Source: an uncultured virus (IMG/VR IMGVR_UViG_3300001605_000027) (lineage: Duplodnaviria > Heunggongvirae > Uroviricota > Caudoviricetes). From it: a stretch of 64,000 nt of DNA. The notes below the pieces were generated by a model. It did no database searches. It was not told the DNA's origin and saw nothing but the letters and a program-made list of their open reading frames with translations. The stretch lies in the IMG/VR virus record IMGVR_UViG_3300001605_000027, one strand, 5' to 3'. This document shows positions 18,235 through 29,081 of the stretch, one piece after another. The position numbers were made by a program, and so were the translations under genes. How positions within the stretch are numbered: the first letter of the stretch is position 1; every line of letters starts with the position of its first letter.

Positions 18235-20518
18235 CGCATTCGTCAATGTCCGTGCTGATACCAAGCAAGCCGAGAAGGATATTCTCTGGTTTGAGAGCTT
18301 CATCAAGCAGCACGTCGAAAAGCCAGCGACGGTATCGGTCAAGGCCGACGACTCGATTAAACGGACGGCTAGCGAGCTTGACAGTACCGCCGACGCTGCC
18401 GACAGGGCATCTAAGGCCGTATCTGGCGTTGGCGATGCAACGAGCGGTATCGACGACTTGTTTAATCGCATTCATCGGATGCGAGGCGAAATCGACCATG
18501 CCACCAAAAGCCAAGAGCGATTCAACAAGACCGCTGCGTCCGCCAGTTCTGGCGGCGGCATGCTGGGCGGATTGCGACGCGGTGCAGGGCGATTCATTGG
18601 CGGTGCCGTCGGCATGGCGTCGGCCCCGCTTATCGGTGCCGCCGGGCTTGCCGGAACGCTCACCGGCCAAGCTCAAAATATGTTCGGTCGGTTCGCCGCC
18701 GGTGGTGCCGTGGCTGGTGCAGGCGTCCGGCTGGCTGGCGGCGGTATGCCAGCGTCGATTGGCGGTGCATTGGGCGGCGGCGTCGGCAACGCGATCGGCG
18801 GATTAGCTGGTCCCGGTGCCGGACGCGTCGCCGGGGCTGCACTCGGAACCGCCGGGGCCATCGCTGGGAAGGTGATCGGCGACGGCATCGGCGAGATTCA
18901 GGACGCACGCAAGAACGAAGCGATGATGACGCGGATTCTTGGCGACGCCAAGCAGGCGAAGGAGCTATTCAAAGAACTGTCGGCGATCGACCTAAAAGTC
19001 CCGATCAGCATGCCGCAGTTAGCGGATTCCGCCAAGACTCTGGCACTTGCCGGATTCGAGGCCAGTGAAATCCCTAAGAAGATGCAAGTCATCATGGACG
19101 CGGCATCGGCATCGACCGAGGGGCTGGCCGGCGGTACGGATCGAATCGTCGCCATGCTCAGTCGGATCAAAGGCCAAGGCCAGGTCATGGGCCAAGAGTT
19201 GATGCAATTGCAACGCATGGGGCTGCCGATTGCCGACATTATGAAAGCCCAGTTCGGCAAGACGATCCAAGAAGTGGCCAAGGCGACACGCGAGGGGACG
19301 CTTGAATCAGGCAAGGTAATCGACGGCATTCTGGCTGGATTGAATGCGAAGTTCGCCGGGGCTGTGTCGGAGGAAATCAACACAATTGGCGGACAGATCG
19401 AGTTGTTGAAGGCCAAGTATTCGGCGTTCTCTGCGACGATTGCCGAGCCGGTGTTTGATCCATTGCTTGATGGGCTGAAGCATTTGAATACGGCGTTGGA
19501 ATCGCCGGGATTTCAGGAGTTCATCAAGAACATAACACGTGCCGTTGCTGCCACGATGGAAATGGTGAGGGCACTTAAGCAACTGTCGGATCAGTCAGGT
19601 GCAACAGACACCGCACTTGGTGCAGCAGTTGATACTTCAGGCTATGCTGCCGACGCATGGGTTGCCACTACGGAAGTAATAACTGGCGTTGGTTCGATCA
19701 TCGAAGATGAAACCAAGATGGGCGGACTTGAGTCTTGGAAAAACTTCCTCTTTGACAATCAGTATGGGCGAAGGGACAGCCGCCAAGTCGAAAAAGGCGT
19801 TGGTCCGATGCTCGACGAAGCTGGCAACGACATGCGTTACGTGCTGACGCCGGAGCAACGTGCCGCCGCCAGAAAGATACAGCGGGCCAACGAGTTCACC
19901 GCCGTCGGTCAGTCCGCCGTGTCCGGGGTGATGGGTGGACTTGGCATGATGGGCGGCGTCGCCGGCGATCTTATGGGCCAAGCTGGCACCGCATTCAGCA
20001 ACGCAACCGGCATCTCGTCCGTCGCCGACGCTCGCAAGATGGCGTCGGCTGCGGCGTTGGAAGCGGAGAAGCTGAACAACAAAGAATCGGTGGCCCGCCG
20101 CGTCGCCCGCGAGAAAGCCGACCGCGACGACGCCGATGGATCGCGACAGAACGCCGCCCGCAAAATGCTGGGCGATCGTCAGGCTGAGATTGCTAAGGAC
20201 ATTGCCGATCCACGGCTGAAAGAAGCATTCTTAGGCAGCAAGTTTGACATTGAGATGAAGCGGGACAAAGAAACCGGACGCATGGAGCCGGTCGCCGAAC
20301 TCAAAGAAGCATTCAAGGATATGCGAGGGTCGACGCAGACGAGCGGGCTGGACGGACTCAACCGCATGATGCAAGGCCAAGTCGACGCCGCCAACGATCG
20401 CAAGATGCAGCAGGACCAAAAGACGCTGCTTGAAAAGATCGTCACCAAACTGCAAGAGCAGATTAACCTAGAAGTGAAGGCCCCGGGGGACGGGGCCGCT
20501 GTGATTGCCCCGGGCTGA
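18203..20518 (+). CDS. Tape measure protein
   Basis: 771 aa, A/G-rich and helical; tape-measure domain pattern (IKGQGQVMGQELMQLQRMGLPI). Confidence 0.85.
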   Translation: MAENDSESLIDAFVNVRADTKQAEKDILWFESFIKQHVEKPATVSVKADDSIKRTASELDSTADAADRASKAVSGVGDATSGIDDLFNRIHRMRGEIDHATKSQERFNKTAASASSGGGMLGGLRRGAGRFIGGAVGMASAPLIGAAGLAGTLTGQAQNMFGRFAAGGAVAGAGVRLAGGGMPASIGGALGGGVGNAIGGLAGPGAGRVAGAALGTAGAIAGKVIGDGIGEIQDARKNEAMMTRILGDAKQAKELFKELSAIDLKVPISMPQLADSAKTLALAGFEASEIPKKMQVIMDAASASTEGLAGGTDRIVAMLSRIKGQGQVMGQELMQLQRMGLPIADIMKAQFGKTIQEVAKATREGTLESGKVIDGILAGLNAKFAGAVSEEINTIGGQIELLKAKYSAFSATIAEPVFDPLLDGLKHLNTALESPGFQEFIKNITRAVAATMEMVRALKQLSDQSGATDTALGAAVDTSGYAADAWVATTEVITGVGSIIEDETKMGGLESWKNFLFDNQYGRRDSRQVEKGVGPMLDEAGNDMRYVLTPEQRAAARKIQRANEFTAVGQSAVSGVMGGLGMMGGVAGDLMGQAGTAFSNATGISSVADARKMASAAALEAEKLNNKESVARRVAREKADRDDADGSRQNAARKMLGDRQAEIAKDIADPRLKEAFLGSKFDIEMKRDKETGRMEPVAELKEAFKDMRGSTQTSGLDGLNRMMQGQVDAANDRKMQQDQKTLLEKIVTKLQEQINLEVKAPGDGAAVIAPG

Positions 20519-20525
20519 TTATCGA

Positions 20526-20798
20526 TCATCGCGATAGAAATTCGCCACGTCCGTACTCGCGTTTTTCAATGTACTGTTCCAGGTCTGATCTTTTGTACCG
20601 AAACGTACCGGCGGTCAATTTGATAGGTTGAAGATCACCGCCCGACACGATGCGTTCAAATGTCCGGGTTGAAATGCCAAGAATGGCAGCGGCTTCACGC
20701 TTGCTGTAAAGCGATCGCTCCACTGTTACCGGCTTTTTTGACGACGGAGTGCGACGGGACTTTGGCGGTTGCTTGTGTGCCTTCTGTGCTTTTTCCAC
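20526..20798 (-). CDS. Excisionase/MerR-like HTH DNA-binding protein
   Basis: LYSKREAAAILGISTRTFERIV...FRYKRSDLEQYI. Confidence 0.75.
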   Translation of the reverse strand: MEKAQKAHKQPPKSRRTPSSKKPVTVERSLYSKREAAAILGISTRTFERIVSGGDLQPIKLTAGTFRYKRSDLEQYIEKREYGRGEFLSR

Positions 20799-20902
20799 GA
20801 CTATGGTTCCCTTTGATTGTTTAAATAGAGACGAATATAAACGCAGTTGTTTTAGAGACTTTATGCGTCTTGACGTGTAATTACAAGCGCTATCGCGGCT
20901 GA

Positions 20903-21118
20903 TTACTTGTCGACGCCGTCGATTATTTCCATCGCGTCGGCAAGCTGTTTCTTAAACGCTTCTAGCGTACCGACCAAGCCCCACGAAATCGACTTCGTCG
21001 TGTCGCCGCGTTCATCTTCGGGGGCCGGTAGTGTGTCGACAAACTCTTGTAAGTTTGCCATCGCCGCTTGAATGGCCATAACTTGTGCCGTGTACGCGTC
21101 GGATAGTGATTGCGACAT
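20903..21118 (-). CDS. Small hypothetical early protein
   Basis: CAAGGCA leader and its own promoter. Confidence 0.6.
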   Translation of the reverse strand: MSQSLSDAYTAQVMAIQAAMANLQEFVDTLPAPEDERGDTTKSISWGLVGTLEAFKKQLADAMEIIDGVDK

Positions 21119-21163
21119 CTGTTTGCCTTGATTTGTTGGCGGTGTGGTTGTGAACTATCGATC

Positions 21164-21245
21164 ATAGTAGCGTTATAGGTTTATTTTGCAATAGCGATAA
21201 GTTTTTTTATTTTGCTGTTGACGGATATCCGATACTTGCTAAAAT
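21164..21245. promoter_or_regulatory. Divergent promoter pair
   Basis: Minus: TTGCAA(21191-21186)-16-TACTAT. Plus: TTTTGCTG-TTGACG(21218)-16-TAAAAT. Confidence 0.7.
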
Positions 21246-21286
21246 CTTGAATGTCACGCCAGTTTTCACCCGCCAAGGCAAACAAA

Positions 21287-21535
21287 ATGCAATCGCTGAC
21301 AAGCAATCAACACTACGGAGCCATCAATCGCCGGTTTGATCGACGGGCCGCCCGATTGAAGTCGCTAGGCTTTCGGTACGAACGAATCGAACAATTCGGC
21401 ATCGCCGTCTTCATTCGTGGCACGCGTGAAATCGACGTCAAGAAAACGACGATTCCCGCTAGCACTGTTGCCCATGCCGACAACCGTTCGTTCATTGATA
21501 TTCTGTCGGCAACATGCCGACGTTCGCGAAGCTAG
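21287..21535 (+). CDS. Small hypothetical early protein
   Basis: ATG 21287 follows the CAAGGCA leader. Confidence 0.6.
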   Translation: MQSLTSNQHYGAINRRFDRRAARLKSLGFRYERIEQFGIAVFIRGTREIDVKKTTIPASTVAHADNRSFIDILSATCRRSRS

Positions 21536-21571
21536 TTTCATTTCATCCCCTCACTATCAAGGTTTAATCCA

Positions 21572-22447
21572 ATGCCAACCGCAGAAAAGAAAGTATCAGC
21601 TTACGATAAAGTGACCGACCGCCTGATCGAACTCATCGACGCCGGTGTCTGCCCATGGAAGCCAACGACAAATTGCCGATCCGCCCGCCCGGGCAAGAAT
21701 ATCAAGGGCAACAACTATCGAGGCATCAACGCCATGATGACGTGGGCAGTGGCATCGATTGAAGGCTACGCGTCTGACGTCTGGCTGACATTCAAGCAAG
21801 CCCAAGAAATGGGCGGCACGGTACGCAAAGGCCAAAAGGGCACGCCAATCATTTTTTGGGGCATCGTCGACGGCAAGGGCGACGAAGCCCCGGCTGATGA
21901 CAAGAAGTCGAAAGGCTACGCATTCGCCCGCTATTACGTGGCGTTCAATGTCGAGCAATGCGACGGCATCGACGTTGCCGATCTGCCCGACACCACGCGA
22001 TACGCAAACGATCCGATTGTAGCCGCTGAATCGATCGTCGCCGGGTTCAATGGGCCGAAGATCGCTCAGCGACTTTCGACGCCATGTTATAACTTCGTCG
22101 ACGACGTCGTTTACATGCCGCCGGTCGATCGTTTCGTATCGTCGGAAGCGTATTACGAGACGCTATTCCATGAGCTTGGCCACTCAACCGGCCACCATTC
22201 GCGACTGAATCGCGAAATGTCGCAAGACCGACCGAAGTATGCATTTGAAGAACTGGTCGCCGAAATGGCCGCCGCGTTCTTGTGTGACGAAGCCGGTATT
22301 TTGCCATCGGTCGAAACGAATGTTGCTGCTTACCTTGACGGATGGGGCAAGGCCATCAAAGCCGATCGGTCGATGCTTATCAAGGCATCATCCGCAGCCC
22401 AAAAGGCCGCCGATATGATTCTTGGCCGTCAATTCGCATCCGTGTAG
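21572..22447 (+). CDS. ardC: ArdC-like antirestriction protein (ssDNA-binding domain plus zincin domain)
   Basis: PWKP, YRGIN, WLTFKQAQEMGGTVRKGQKG, FNVEQ, HELGHSTGH, EELVAE. Confidence 0.85.
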   Translation: MPTAEKKVSAYDKVTDRLIELIDAGVCPWKPTTNCRSARPGKNIKGNNYRGINAMMTWAVASIEGYASDVWLTFKQAQEMGGTVRKGQKGTPIIFWGIVDGKGDEAPADDKKSKGYAFARYYVAFNVEQCDGIDVADLPDTTRYANDPIVAAESIVAGFNGPKIAQRLSTPCYNFVDDVVYMPPVDRFVSSEAYYETLFHELGHSTGHHSRLNREMSQDRPKYAFEELVAEMAAAFLCDEAGILPSVETNVAAYLDGWGKAIKADRSMLIKASSAAQKAADMILGRQFASV

Positions 22448-22450
22448 TTT

Positions 22451-22486
22451 TTTTGCTGTTGACGTTTATCTGATAAACGTTAAACT
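22451..22486 (+). promoter_or_regulatory. Phage promoter family copy with perfect palindrome
   Basis: TTTTGCTG-TTGACG-16-TAAACT; ACGTTTATC-T-GATAAACGT at 22462-22480. Confidence 0.8.
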
Positions 22487-22544
22487 AACCTAGTCGCCGG
22501 GCTGATTGTCAACCCGGCCCGCAGCCCTTAACCGAGTCGAGACA

Positions 22545-22811
22545 ATGAGCGATTATCTCAAAACTACCCGCACTGAACCCAAGGGGCGACGCGTCAGCTT
22601 GCTTGTTTGCGGCGAAGGAATGCTAGGCATTCTCAGCGGTCGAATCAGTGACGGCGAAATCTCCGTCGTGATCGATTGCCACTCGCTCTGCAATGGCACA
22701 ATCCGACGTGATGACGTGTCGATCTGGCGTTCCCGTGGATGGTGCCCCGTTGGGCCGTCTGTACGGCTGAACGTCTACGATTCCCGCCCGTTGGTGGCGT
22801 TCGCGAAATGA
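22545..22811 (+). CDS. Hypothetical protein
   Basis: First ATG after the promoter and leader hairpin. Confidence 0.5.
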   Translation: MSDYLKTTRTEPKGRRVSLLVCGEGMLGILSGRISDGEISVVIDCHSLCNGTIRRDDVSIWRSRGWCPVGPSVRLNVYDSRPLVAFAK

Positions 22812-22952
22812 CCGAAGCCGAAATCGAATCGCGTATCGAGCTATGCCAACGAATGTTGGCCACTGAACGCAACCTATCGACCATTGCAACGCTCAATCGA
22901 ACGATCGAGCGTTTAATCATGCTTGAACCAACTGAACCCCAAGAGTCTACTA

Positions 22953-23312
22953 ATGAACCAGCGAATCCGAAGCTACACCCGCAACCGCCCCGCCGACGCC
23001 ATCGACGATGATTCTATCGGCTGTCTCGCACTGCTTTACCGTGATCGGGAAATCAGCGGGGCCGCGTTGATTGCCGAAGGCGGCATTCGACTGTTAAACC
23101 GCGTCGCCCGCCATCACTTGGCCACCCGCGACGTTCGCCAGATGATCGCAACATTCTACAACGGCGGCCCGGTTGATCGCTTGAACCGAATCAGCCTACA
23201 ATCGATTGTCGATCTTTACCGATCGGGCGAAGCGACGGCATGCGATATCGAATCGGTGGGCGGCACGCCATTGGTTGAAGCCGTGGCCGCCGAAGTCGCC
23301 GCGTTTGCCTAA
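22953..23312 (+). CDS. Hypothetical protein
   Basis: ORF ending before the terminator. Confidence 0.5.
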   Translation: MNQRIRSYTRNRPADAIDDDSIGCLALLYRDREISGAALIAEGGIRLLNRVARHHLATRDVRQMIATFYNGGPVDRLNRISLQSIVDLYRSGEATACDIESVGGTPLVEAVAAEVAAFA

Positions 23313-23327
23313 TTCTCTGCGACCAAC

Positions 23328-23356
23328 AAAATGCCGCTGAACTCGGCGGCATTTTT
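23328..23356 (+). terminator. Intrinsic terminator (possibly bidirectional)
   Basis: aaaatgccgctga-ac-tcggcggcattttt. Confidence 0.75.
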
Positions 23357-23427
23357 CTTGCAAGGCGACGTTTCGCCTATCCAATGCGGTTTTAACCAGT
23401 GGACGACACCCACGCGAGAGAACCACT

Positions 23428-23661
23428 ATGAACCCAACGCTTGAAGCCCTGCGACGATCGCCAATCGGCGTTGCCGTCGGTGCATCCTCTGGACGCGACG
23501 TATCGACCCAACGCGAGCAAGCCTACCGTGGCCGCACCGGTGCCGCCCGTGCATCCGCCGAACAATCACGACGTTCGGACATTGGCGATGACGGTGGCCG
23601 TGGATCGGCCCGACGTCTCCAGCAGATCAACGCGATCCAAGCCCGACGAGCCGCACGATAA
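23428..23661 (+). CDS. Small Arg/Gly/Ala-rich basic protein
   Basis: 77-aa ORF heading the PP-loop/ParB/terminase operon. Confidence 0.6.
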   Translation: MNPTLEALRRSPIGVAVGASSGRDVSTQREQAYRGRTGAARASAEQSRRSDIGDDGGRGSARRLQQINAIQARRAAR

Positions 23662-23673
23662 GGCTAACTTCGA

Positions 23674-24459
23674 GTGGACGCGAAGAAACAGCCTAAAGCG
23701 AACTCACTACGACGCCCGCCGTTGGACGTGATCCAACGGGCGAAGGCGGCTGGAATCCGTGAATGCATCGTCGCATTCTCCGGCGGCAAGGACTCGATCG
23801 CAACGATCGAGCTTTGCGCCCGGCACTTTGACCGCGTCGAAGCCTACCACATGCACTTGGTCCGGGGGCTATCGTGGGACGAAGAACCGATTCGATGGGC
23901 CGAAAAAGAGTATGGCATCAAAGTATTGAGGGTGCCCCACTGGATTATCGGACGGCTATGTCGAGACAACAACTTTCGGCATCCGACGCAAGCCAGCAAG
24001 AAAGCCCCGCTGGTAAAACCACGGGACATTTACGACGCCGCTTGTAAGTATTTCGAGATCCGCTGGATCGCGACCGGCGAACGTTGCCGCGACTCGCTCG
24101 AACGCCAAGCGTATATCAAGAATTGCGAAGGCGTCCAACGCGACTGGCACCGGTTCTTTCCGGTCGGATTTTGGCGTGAGCAAGACGTCGTCAGTTTTTT
24201 GCTGCGGCACGGACTGCCAACGCCGAGCCTTTACAACTTCGCCGAATCCGAAGTGTTTAAGGAGCGTTCCGGCAAGCGTCGCGAGTTTGGCGGTTTTCAG
24301 ATGGAAACCGTAGCGTTCATTCGTCAGGAACGGCCCGACGACTACGCCAAGATCAAAGCCATGTTTCCCTTAATCGAGAGTCAATATGTCCGATGGCGTG
24401 CCCTCTGCGAACAAGACAAAGTACCAAAAGTCGACCAAGCTACTGATCGCACGGACTGA
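23674..24459 (+). CDS. PAPS-reductase-family (PP-loop adenine-nucleotide alpha-hydrolase) protein
   Basis: IVAFSGGKDS PP-loop, TGERCRDSLER, FPVGFWREQDV. Confidence 0.8.
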   Translation: MDAKKQPKANSLRRPPLDVIQRAKAAGIRECIVAFSGGKDSIATIELCARHFDRVEAYHMHLVRGLSWDEEPIRWAEKEYGIKVLRVPHWIIGRLCRDNNFRHPTQASKKAPLVKPRDIYDAACKYFEIRWIATGERCRDSLERQAYIKNCEGVQRDWHRFFPVGFWREQDVVSFLLRHGLPTPSLYNFAESEVFKERSGKRREFGGFQMETVAFIRQERPDDYAKIKAMFPLIESQYVRWRALCEQDKVPKVDQATDRTD

Positions 24460-25261
24460 ACTGGTCAACGCACCTTACAATCCGCGAACGATCAACCGCA
24501 TCGCCGCCAAACGTCTCAAAGGTTCGATCCAAAGTCATGGACTTGTCGGAGGCATCGTATGGAACCGTCGTACCGGTCATATCGTCGGTGGCCACCAGCG
24601 TCTAAACCAACTCGACGAACTGGAAGGCACCAGCGAATACACGTTAGAAGTGGACGTGATCGACGTCGATTTGGACGAAGAAAAAGAACTCAACATCGCC
24701 CTTAATAATCGGACGATGCAGGGCGAGTTTGACAACGACAAACTGGCTGGCGTGATACAAGACTTGGTCGAAGCCCGACGCAATATCGAGCGTACTGGGT
24801 TCACGATGCACGACTGCCAAGAAATGATCGGCGACATCATGCTCGCTGGCGAAGCCGCCGTGCAACGGGACACCGAAGCCAGCGTCTTCGCCGAACTCGA
24901 CGAATTGAAAGCGTTGGCAAAAGAATATCGGGCACCCGAAGGATTGCCATCGGATACGGACGGCCAAGAGCCGACGATGGTTGTGCCGACGCCGCCGCTG
25001 CCACGCCAAGACGACTATTCCAACAATCCGCCGATCGAAAAGCCCGAATCGTCGTCGCCCGAAGCACTGGCCAAGCGTCGCGTCGATTATGTGAGCGAAA
25101 CCGAAGGGGAAGTCGACGCGGACACCATGATAACGTTGACGTTTAACACCAACGCCCAGCGTGCAAAGTTCCAACGATTGATGAAATTGGAATCGACCAA
25201 GCGATACTTTGATCGGTATGAGATTGAAGTCGCGTTCGGCGTTGACTTAGGGGACGGTTGA
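24386..25261 (+). CDS. ParB/Srx N-terminal domain protein
   Basis: APYNPRTI, IVWNRRTGHIVGGHQRL, EKELNIALN. Confidence 0.85.
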   Translation: MSDGVPSANKTKYQKSTKLLIARTELVNAPYNPRTINRIAAKRLKGSIQSHGLVGGIVWNRRTGHIVGGHQRLNQLDELEGTSEYTLEVDVIDVDLDEEKELNIALNNRTMQGEFDNDKLAGVIQDLVEARRNIERTGFTMHDCQEMIGDIMLAGEAAVQRDTEASVFAELDELKALAKEYRAPEGLPSDTDGQEPTMVVPTPPLPRQDDYSNNPPIEKPESSSPEALAKRRVDYVSETEGEVDADTMITLTFNTNAQRAKFQRLMKLESTKRYFDRYEIEVAFGVDLGDG

Positions 25262-26073
25262 TGACAGATTCCAGCGGATATACCGACGCTGCCGGTGAGC
25301 CGCTGGCCATTCCCCAGTGGTGGCAGGGTGAAGATTCTGCATTCGCGGAGCTCGTTTCCAAGCTGAAGCCGCACCATTGCAGTTATCCGTCGGGACAACG
25401 CAAAGACGTCAAGAAGATGCTGCCTTGCCGCTGTGCCAAGCAATCGCACGGGGCTTGCGAACATCACGCCCATGAGCTTTTGCCGAAGATGCATTCGGCC
25501 AAACTGTCGCCCAAAGACACCAATTCGATGGTTGTGGCGATTACGGACCCGCGACTGACCGACCTGGCGACGAACATTTATTATGCCGAGCAATTGCTAG
25601 TGCGGGCTGTCAACCGATGCCATGAAGACGGGCTGTCGCAGCGGTTGGCGGGGATCATTCAAGCGATGGTCCGCAAGGCCAAGAAACATCGCGAGAAAAT
25701 GGCCGAGACGTTCACGATGCCGATGGATACCGAAGCCCAGCGGGTCAAACGCGGCAAGGTATTTCAAGAGGCGATCGACGGAACCAGCGAAGCCATCGAC
25801 GCGATCGAACGGGCGATCGAGCTTTACAAACAGGACGAGGAACATTGGGAAGCGATGGCCCGATTCAATCGCGAGTCGATCGCATTGAAGGGCAAGGCTG
25901 CGTCGATTGCAGCCGAGCGGCAACAGACGATTACCCAAGAGGATATGGACAAGACAATCGAATCGATGCTGGGCGTGATTGAACAGTCGATCGATACAGT
26001 GTTGATGAGTTACGACGCCGAACGTTTGAAGATGGCGATCTATCAGGAATTGCAGAGGATGGGTGGAAAATGA
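25258..26073 (+). CDS. Possible terminase small subunit
   Basis: Position upstream of TerL; Cys/His-rich N-terminus and helical body. Confidence 0.35.
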   Translation: MMTDSSGYTDAAGEPLAIPQWWQGEDSAFAELVSKLKPHHCSYPSGQRKDVKKMLPCRCAKQSHGACEHHAHELLPKMHSAKLSPKDTNSMVVAITDPRLTDLATNIYYAEQLLVRAVNRCHEDGLSQRLAGIIQAMVRKAKKHREKMAETFTMPMDTEAQRVKRGKVFQEAIDGTSEAIDAIERAIELYKQDEEHWEAMARFNRESIALKGKAASIAAERQQTITQEDMDKTIESMLGVIEQSIDTVLMSYDAERLKMAIYQELQRMGGK

Positions 26074-27063
26074 ACCGAGACGAAAAGATCGTCGCGATTC
26101 GCCAATACTCAAAAGACTTAACCGAGTTGGCGGACATTTATAGGAAGTGTGCGATCGACGCCGAGAGGCTGCCGGACAACATCATCGACGCCATGTATGC
26201 AACGGCTGTTGATAGCAACCGGATTCATAACGACATCGTCAATGACTTTGAGTCAGTCCAAGATCAATACCATGTCGTTTTAATTGGACGCGATAAGAAG
26301 TCGAGATTTTCACCAACGACGTTCCACTCATGGGAAGCCGCCGCAAGATTTGGAGAATCACGCGTGGCTCAAAATAAAGCGATTGGATTCCGCATAGTCA
26401 CCAGCCATCCAAAACCATGAAACACTACATCGGCCCCTATATCCATTTGCGTTCCGACTTCGACTACCGACCGTGGGACGGCATAGTCGTCAACGCACGC
26501 GGCCATTTGTGGCAACACGGCGATCCGCTGATTCTGATACCACGGCATCCGCTGGACACGATCAGCCGATCGTTTTACTGCGGCGTCGATCTGGTGCAAA
26601 TCAACCCGGCGTCGATTGTTCGCGAATCGGGGGCGTTGTGGCGACTGGCCAGCGAGCTACTTGACTCGATCGACGACGATGACGATTATGTTAGCGGGAT
26701 CGCTTGGGGCATTGTCCCGGTAAACGACGAAGAATTGCCGTCGCGGGGGCATGTGCCGGGTTTGAATAACATACTAGGACAAGTGGAATGAGTAACGACG
26801 AAGCCGAACGTTTGAAGAAAGCCGAAAGCAATCGACGCGTGAACCAAGCGGCGATTGAGTTTGCCAAACTTCACAGAGCCGAACGCGGTCACTATCCGCT
26901 GATTATGGACATGCCGATCTATAAGTTTTTCGGCGGCGACTGGGTCAAGATCGTTGAAGTCAATATGTTTGATGACGCCAGCAATGCCGAAGTTACGATC
27001 GAAGATGGATGGGGCGAACGCAAGCGGACAGAAATGAGCGAGTTGTCTTTGAAGGATCGCTAA
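26070..27063 (+). CDS. Three coupled hypothetical genes (26070-26420, 26417-26791, 26788-27063)
   Basis: Consecutive ATGA overlaps. Confidence 0.55.
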
Positions 27064-27069
27064 TTCCAT

Positions 27070-29044
27070 ATGATCGACCCTAAGCTATCAGTTGCCGACA
27101 TGGCCTACGGGGCCGCTGCCCGCTACGCTCGCCAGCGTATCGGCGGCGATACGGGCATCAAACGAGCTAGGACGCTGGCCCGTGCTGGCAACCCATTTCC
27201 GATGATCGCCTTACAGTGGCCGTCGCTGGTGGTGACCAATCCGGCGGAAGCGATCTTCTTTGATGGCATCGTCGGCGACGACTTGAACCCATGCCTAAGA
27301 ATCGACCGCTGGCAACGCGGCGTCCTCGAAGCCGCCTTCGACGTGACCGTTGGCGAAATCGCTATGAAGGGATGGCACCGGGGCGGGCAAGGGGTTCATC
27401 GCTGCGATCATTGCGAATCTATTCTTTGAAGTGTTCGACCCGTGCCGTATCAACGTCACGTCCGAAACGTTCCGTCATGCCGTCGATAACTTGTTTGGCG
27501 AAATCGTCATGTGGCGAAAACGCATGGCGTCCCCATCACGCGGCGACATCGTGACAAGCCGAATCAACGATACCGAGCGGCATTATATGACGGTGCTGAA
27601 CCCGTCGCCGTACGGTGGCGGCGAAGCATTCTCAGGGATGCACTCGGAGATGACCGTCTACTGGTTTGATGAGGCTTCGGCTGTCCCCGAAACGCACTAC
27701 ACAAACGCCCTTAAAAACTGCCGTAAGATTTTCGCCCTCGCCAACCCGCGAATCACCGAAGGGTGGTTCCGCGATATGTTCAAGCCGCTGCGGGGTAACG
27801 ACGGGACCAAAGAAGAAAAGCTGGCACGCGAGAACACCACTGGCTACTGCATTGGCCGCAAGGGCCGACGGTACTGTTGCACGATCGCCAGTAGTATCTG
27901 CCTGAATGTCCGCGAGCGTCGCCTAAAAGACCCGGTATCGCCAAATCGTGGCATCGACATCGAAGGCGTCTACTATGAACCGGGGGCGTTTATTCCCGAC
28001 GACGACTTTAAGAAAGTCAAGGCGTTGCTGCCGGGACAGATTGACCTAAGCCAGCATGAATCGATCATCGACACGTCGAAAGAAACGTGGGAAGTCGAAT
28101 GTTACGCCCATGCCGCGTTCCCGTCAGAAGATCCCATCCGGCAAGCCATCTTGGCCAGTTGCCTTGAATTCCATATCGCAGCCTACCGGCGGAACAAAGA
28201 TACCCCGCAGCCCATCACGTGCTTCGGACTCGACGTTGCTCGCTCGAAGTCGGGCGACGACTCTTGCTTGACGGCTGGCAACGACGCCGGGGTTGTCAAA
28301 CAGCATCGGTGGAAAGACGACTCCAACGTCCGCCACGTCAAGCGGATACTGAAGATCGCCAAAGAACACCATGGCGCCAACCTTCGCGATGGCAACTATC
28401 CCGTGTGCATCGACATGGGCGGCGGCTACGGTGGCGGCGTCGCGGACAGACTGCGAGAGCTTGGCGTCTGGGTGATCGAAATGCACCCATCGGGCAGTGC
28501 CACGACGTCGCCGATCTACGCAAACGCACGGGCCGAATGGTATCTGTTGCTCAGTCGCCGACTCGATCCGTCGGATAACTGGCAGGGGTTCCCGTTTGCA
28601 ATTCCCGACGATTCCAATCTGGTCGACGAACTGACGGCACCTGTCAAGATTCTCAAACCGAACGGACGCTATCAACTCGAATCGAAGGAAACGATCGCCA
28701 AGCGGCTTGGTCGGTCGCCGGATTCTGGCGATTCGCTGGTTTGCTTCTTTCGGGCCGTATTCGAGCGGTACGCATTGCTTGAACGCATGCTGGCGGGGAC
28801 GGCTGATCCGATGGTGTCGACCGGATATGAACCCGATGGCGACGATTACGGCGACGATGCGGAACTGCCAACCGAAGTTGACGACATCGCAGATATCCCG
28901 ATGGTTACGCCGCTGAAAAGCCCCATGGAAGAAATGCTCGAAGATATGGCCGATTGGGAGTCTGAATCGGACCCGTCGCGTGCCAAGCGTAGCAAGAAAA
29001 CCGACTCCGACGACAACCGTTTCGATGCCTATTTTGGCAAATAG
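27070..29044 (+). CDS. terL: Terminase large subunit (one extra base near 27375, probably an error)
   Basis: Removing one G restores Walker A (KGCTGAGKG); Walker B YWFDEAS; nuclease motifs FGLDVAR..GDDS and GRSPDSGDS. Confidence 0.85.
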
Positions 29045-29081
29045 TCGTTGCCGATGGCGGCGTCTGGCATAGAACCAAACC

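Noticed and set aside
21890..21930. CTGATGA...GAAA inside ardC
   Set aside because: No stem II and no NUH triplet; it is ordinary coding sequence.
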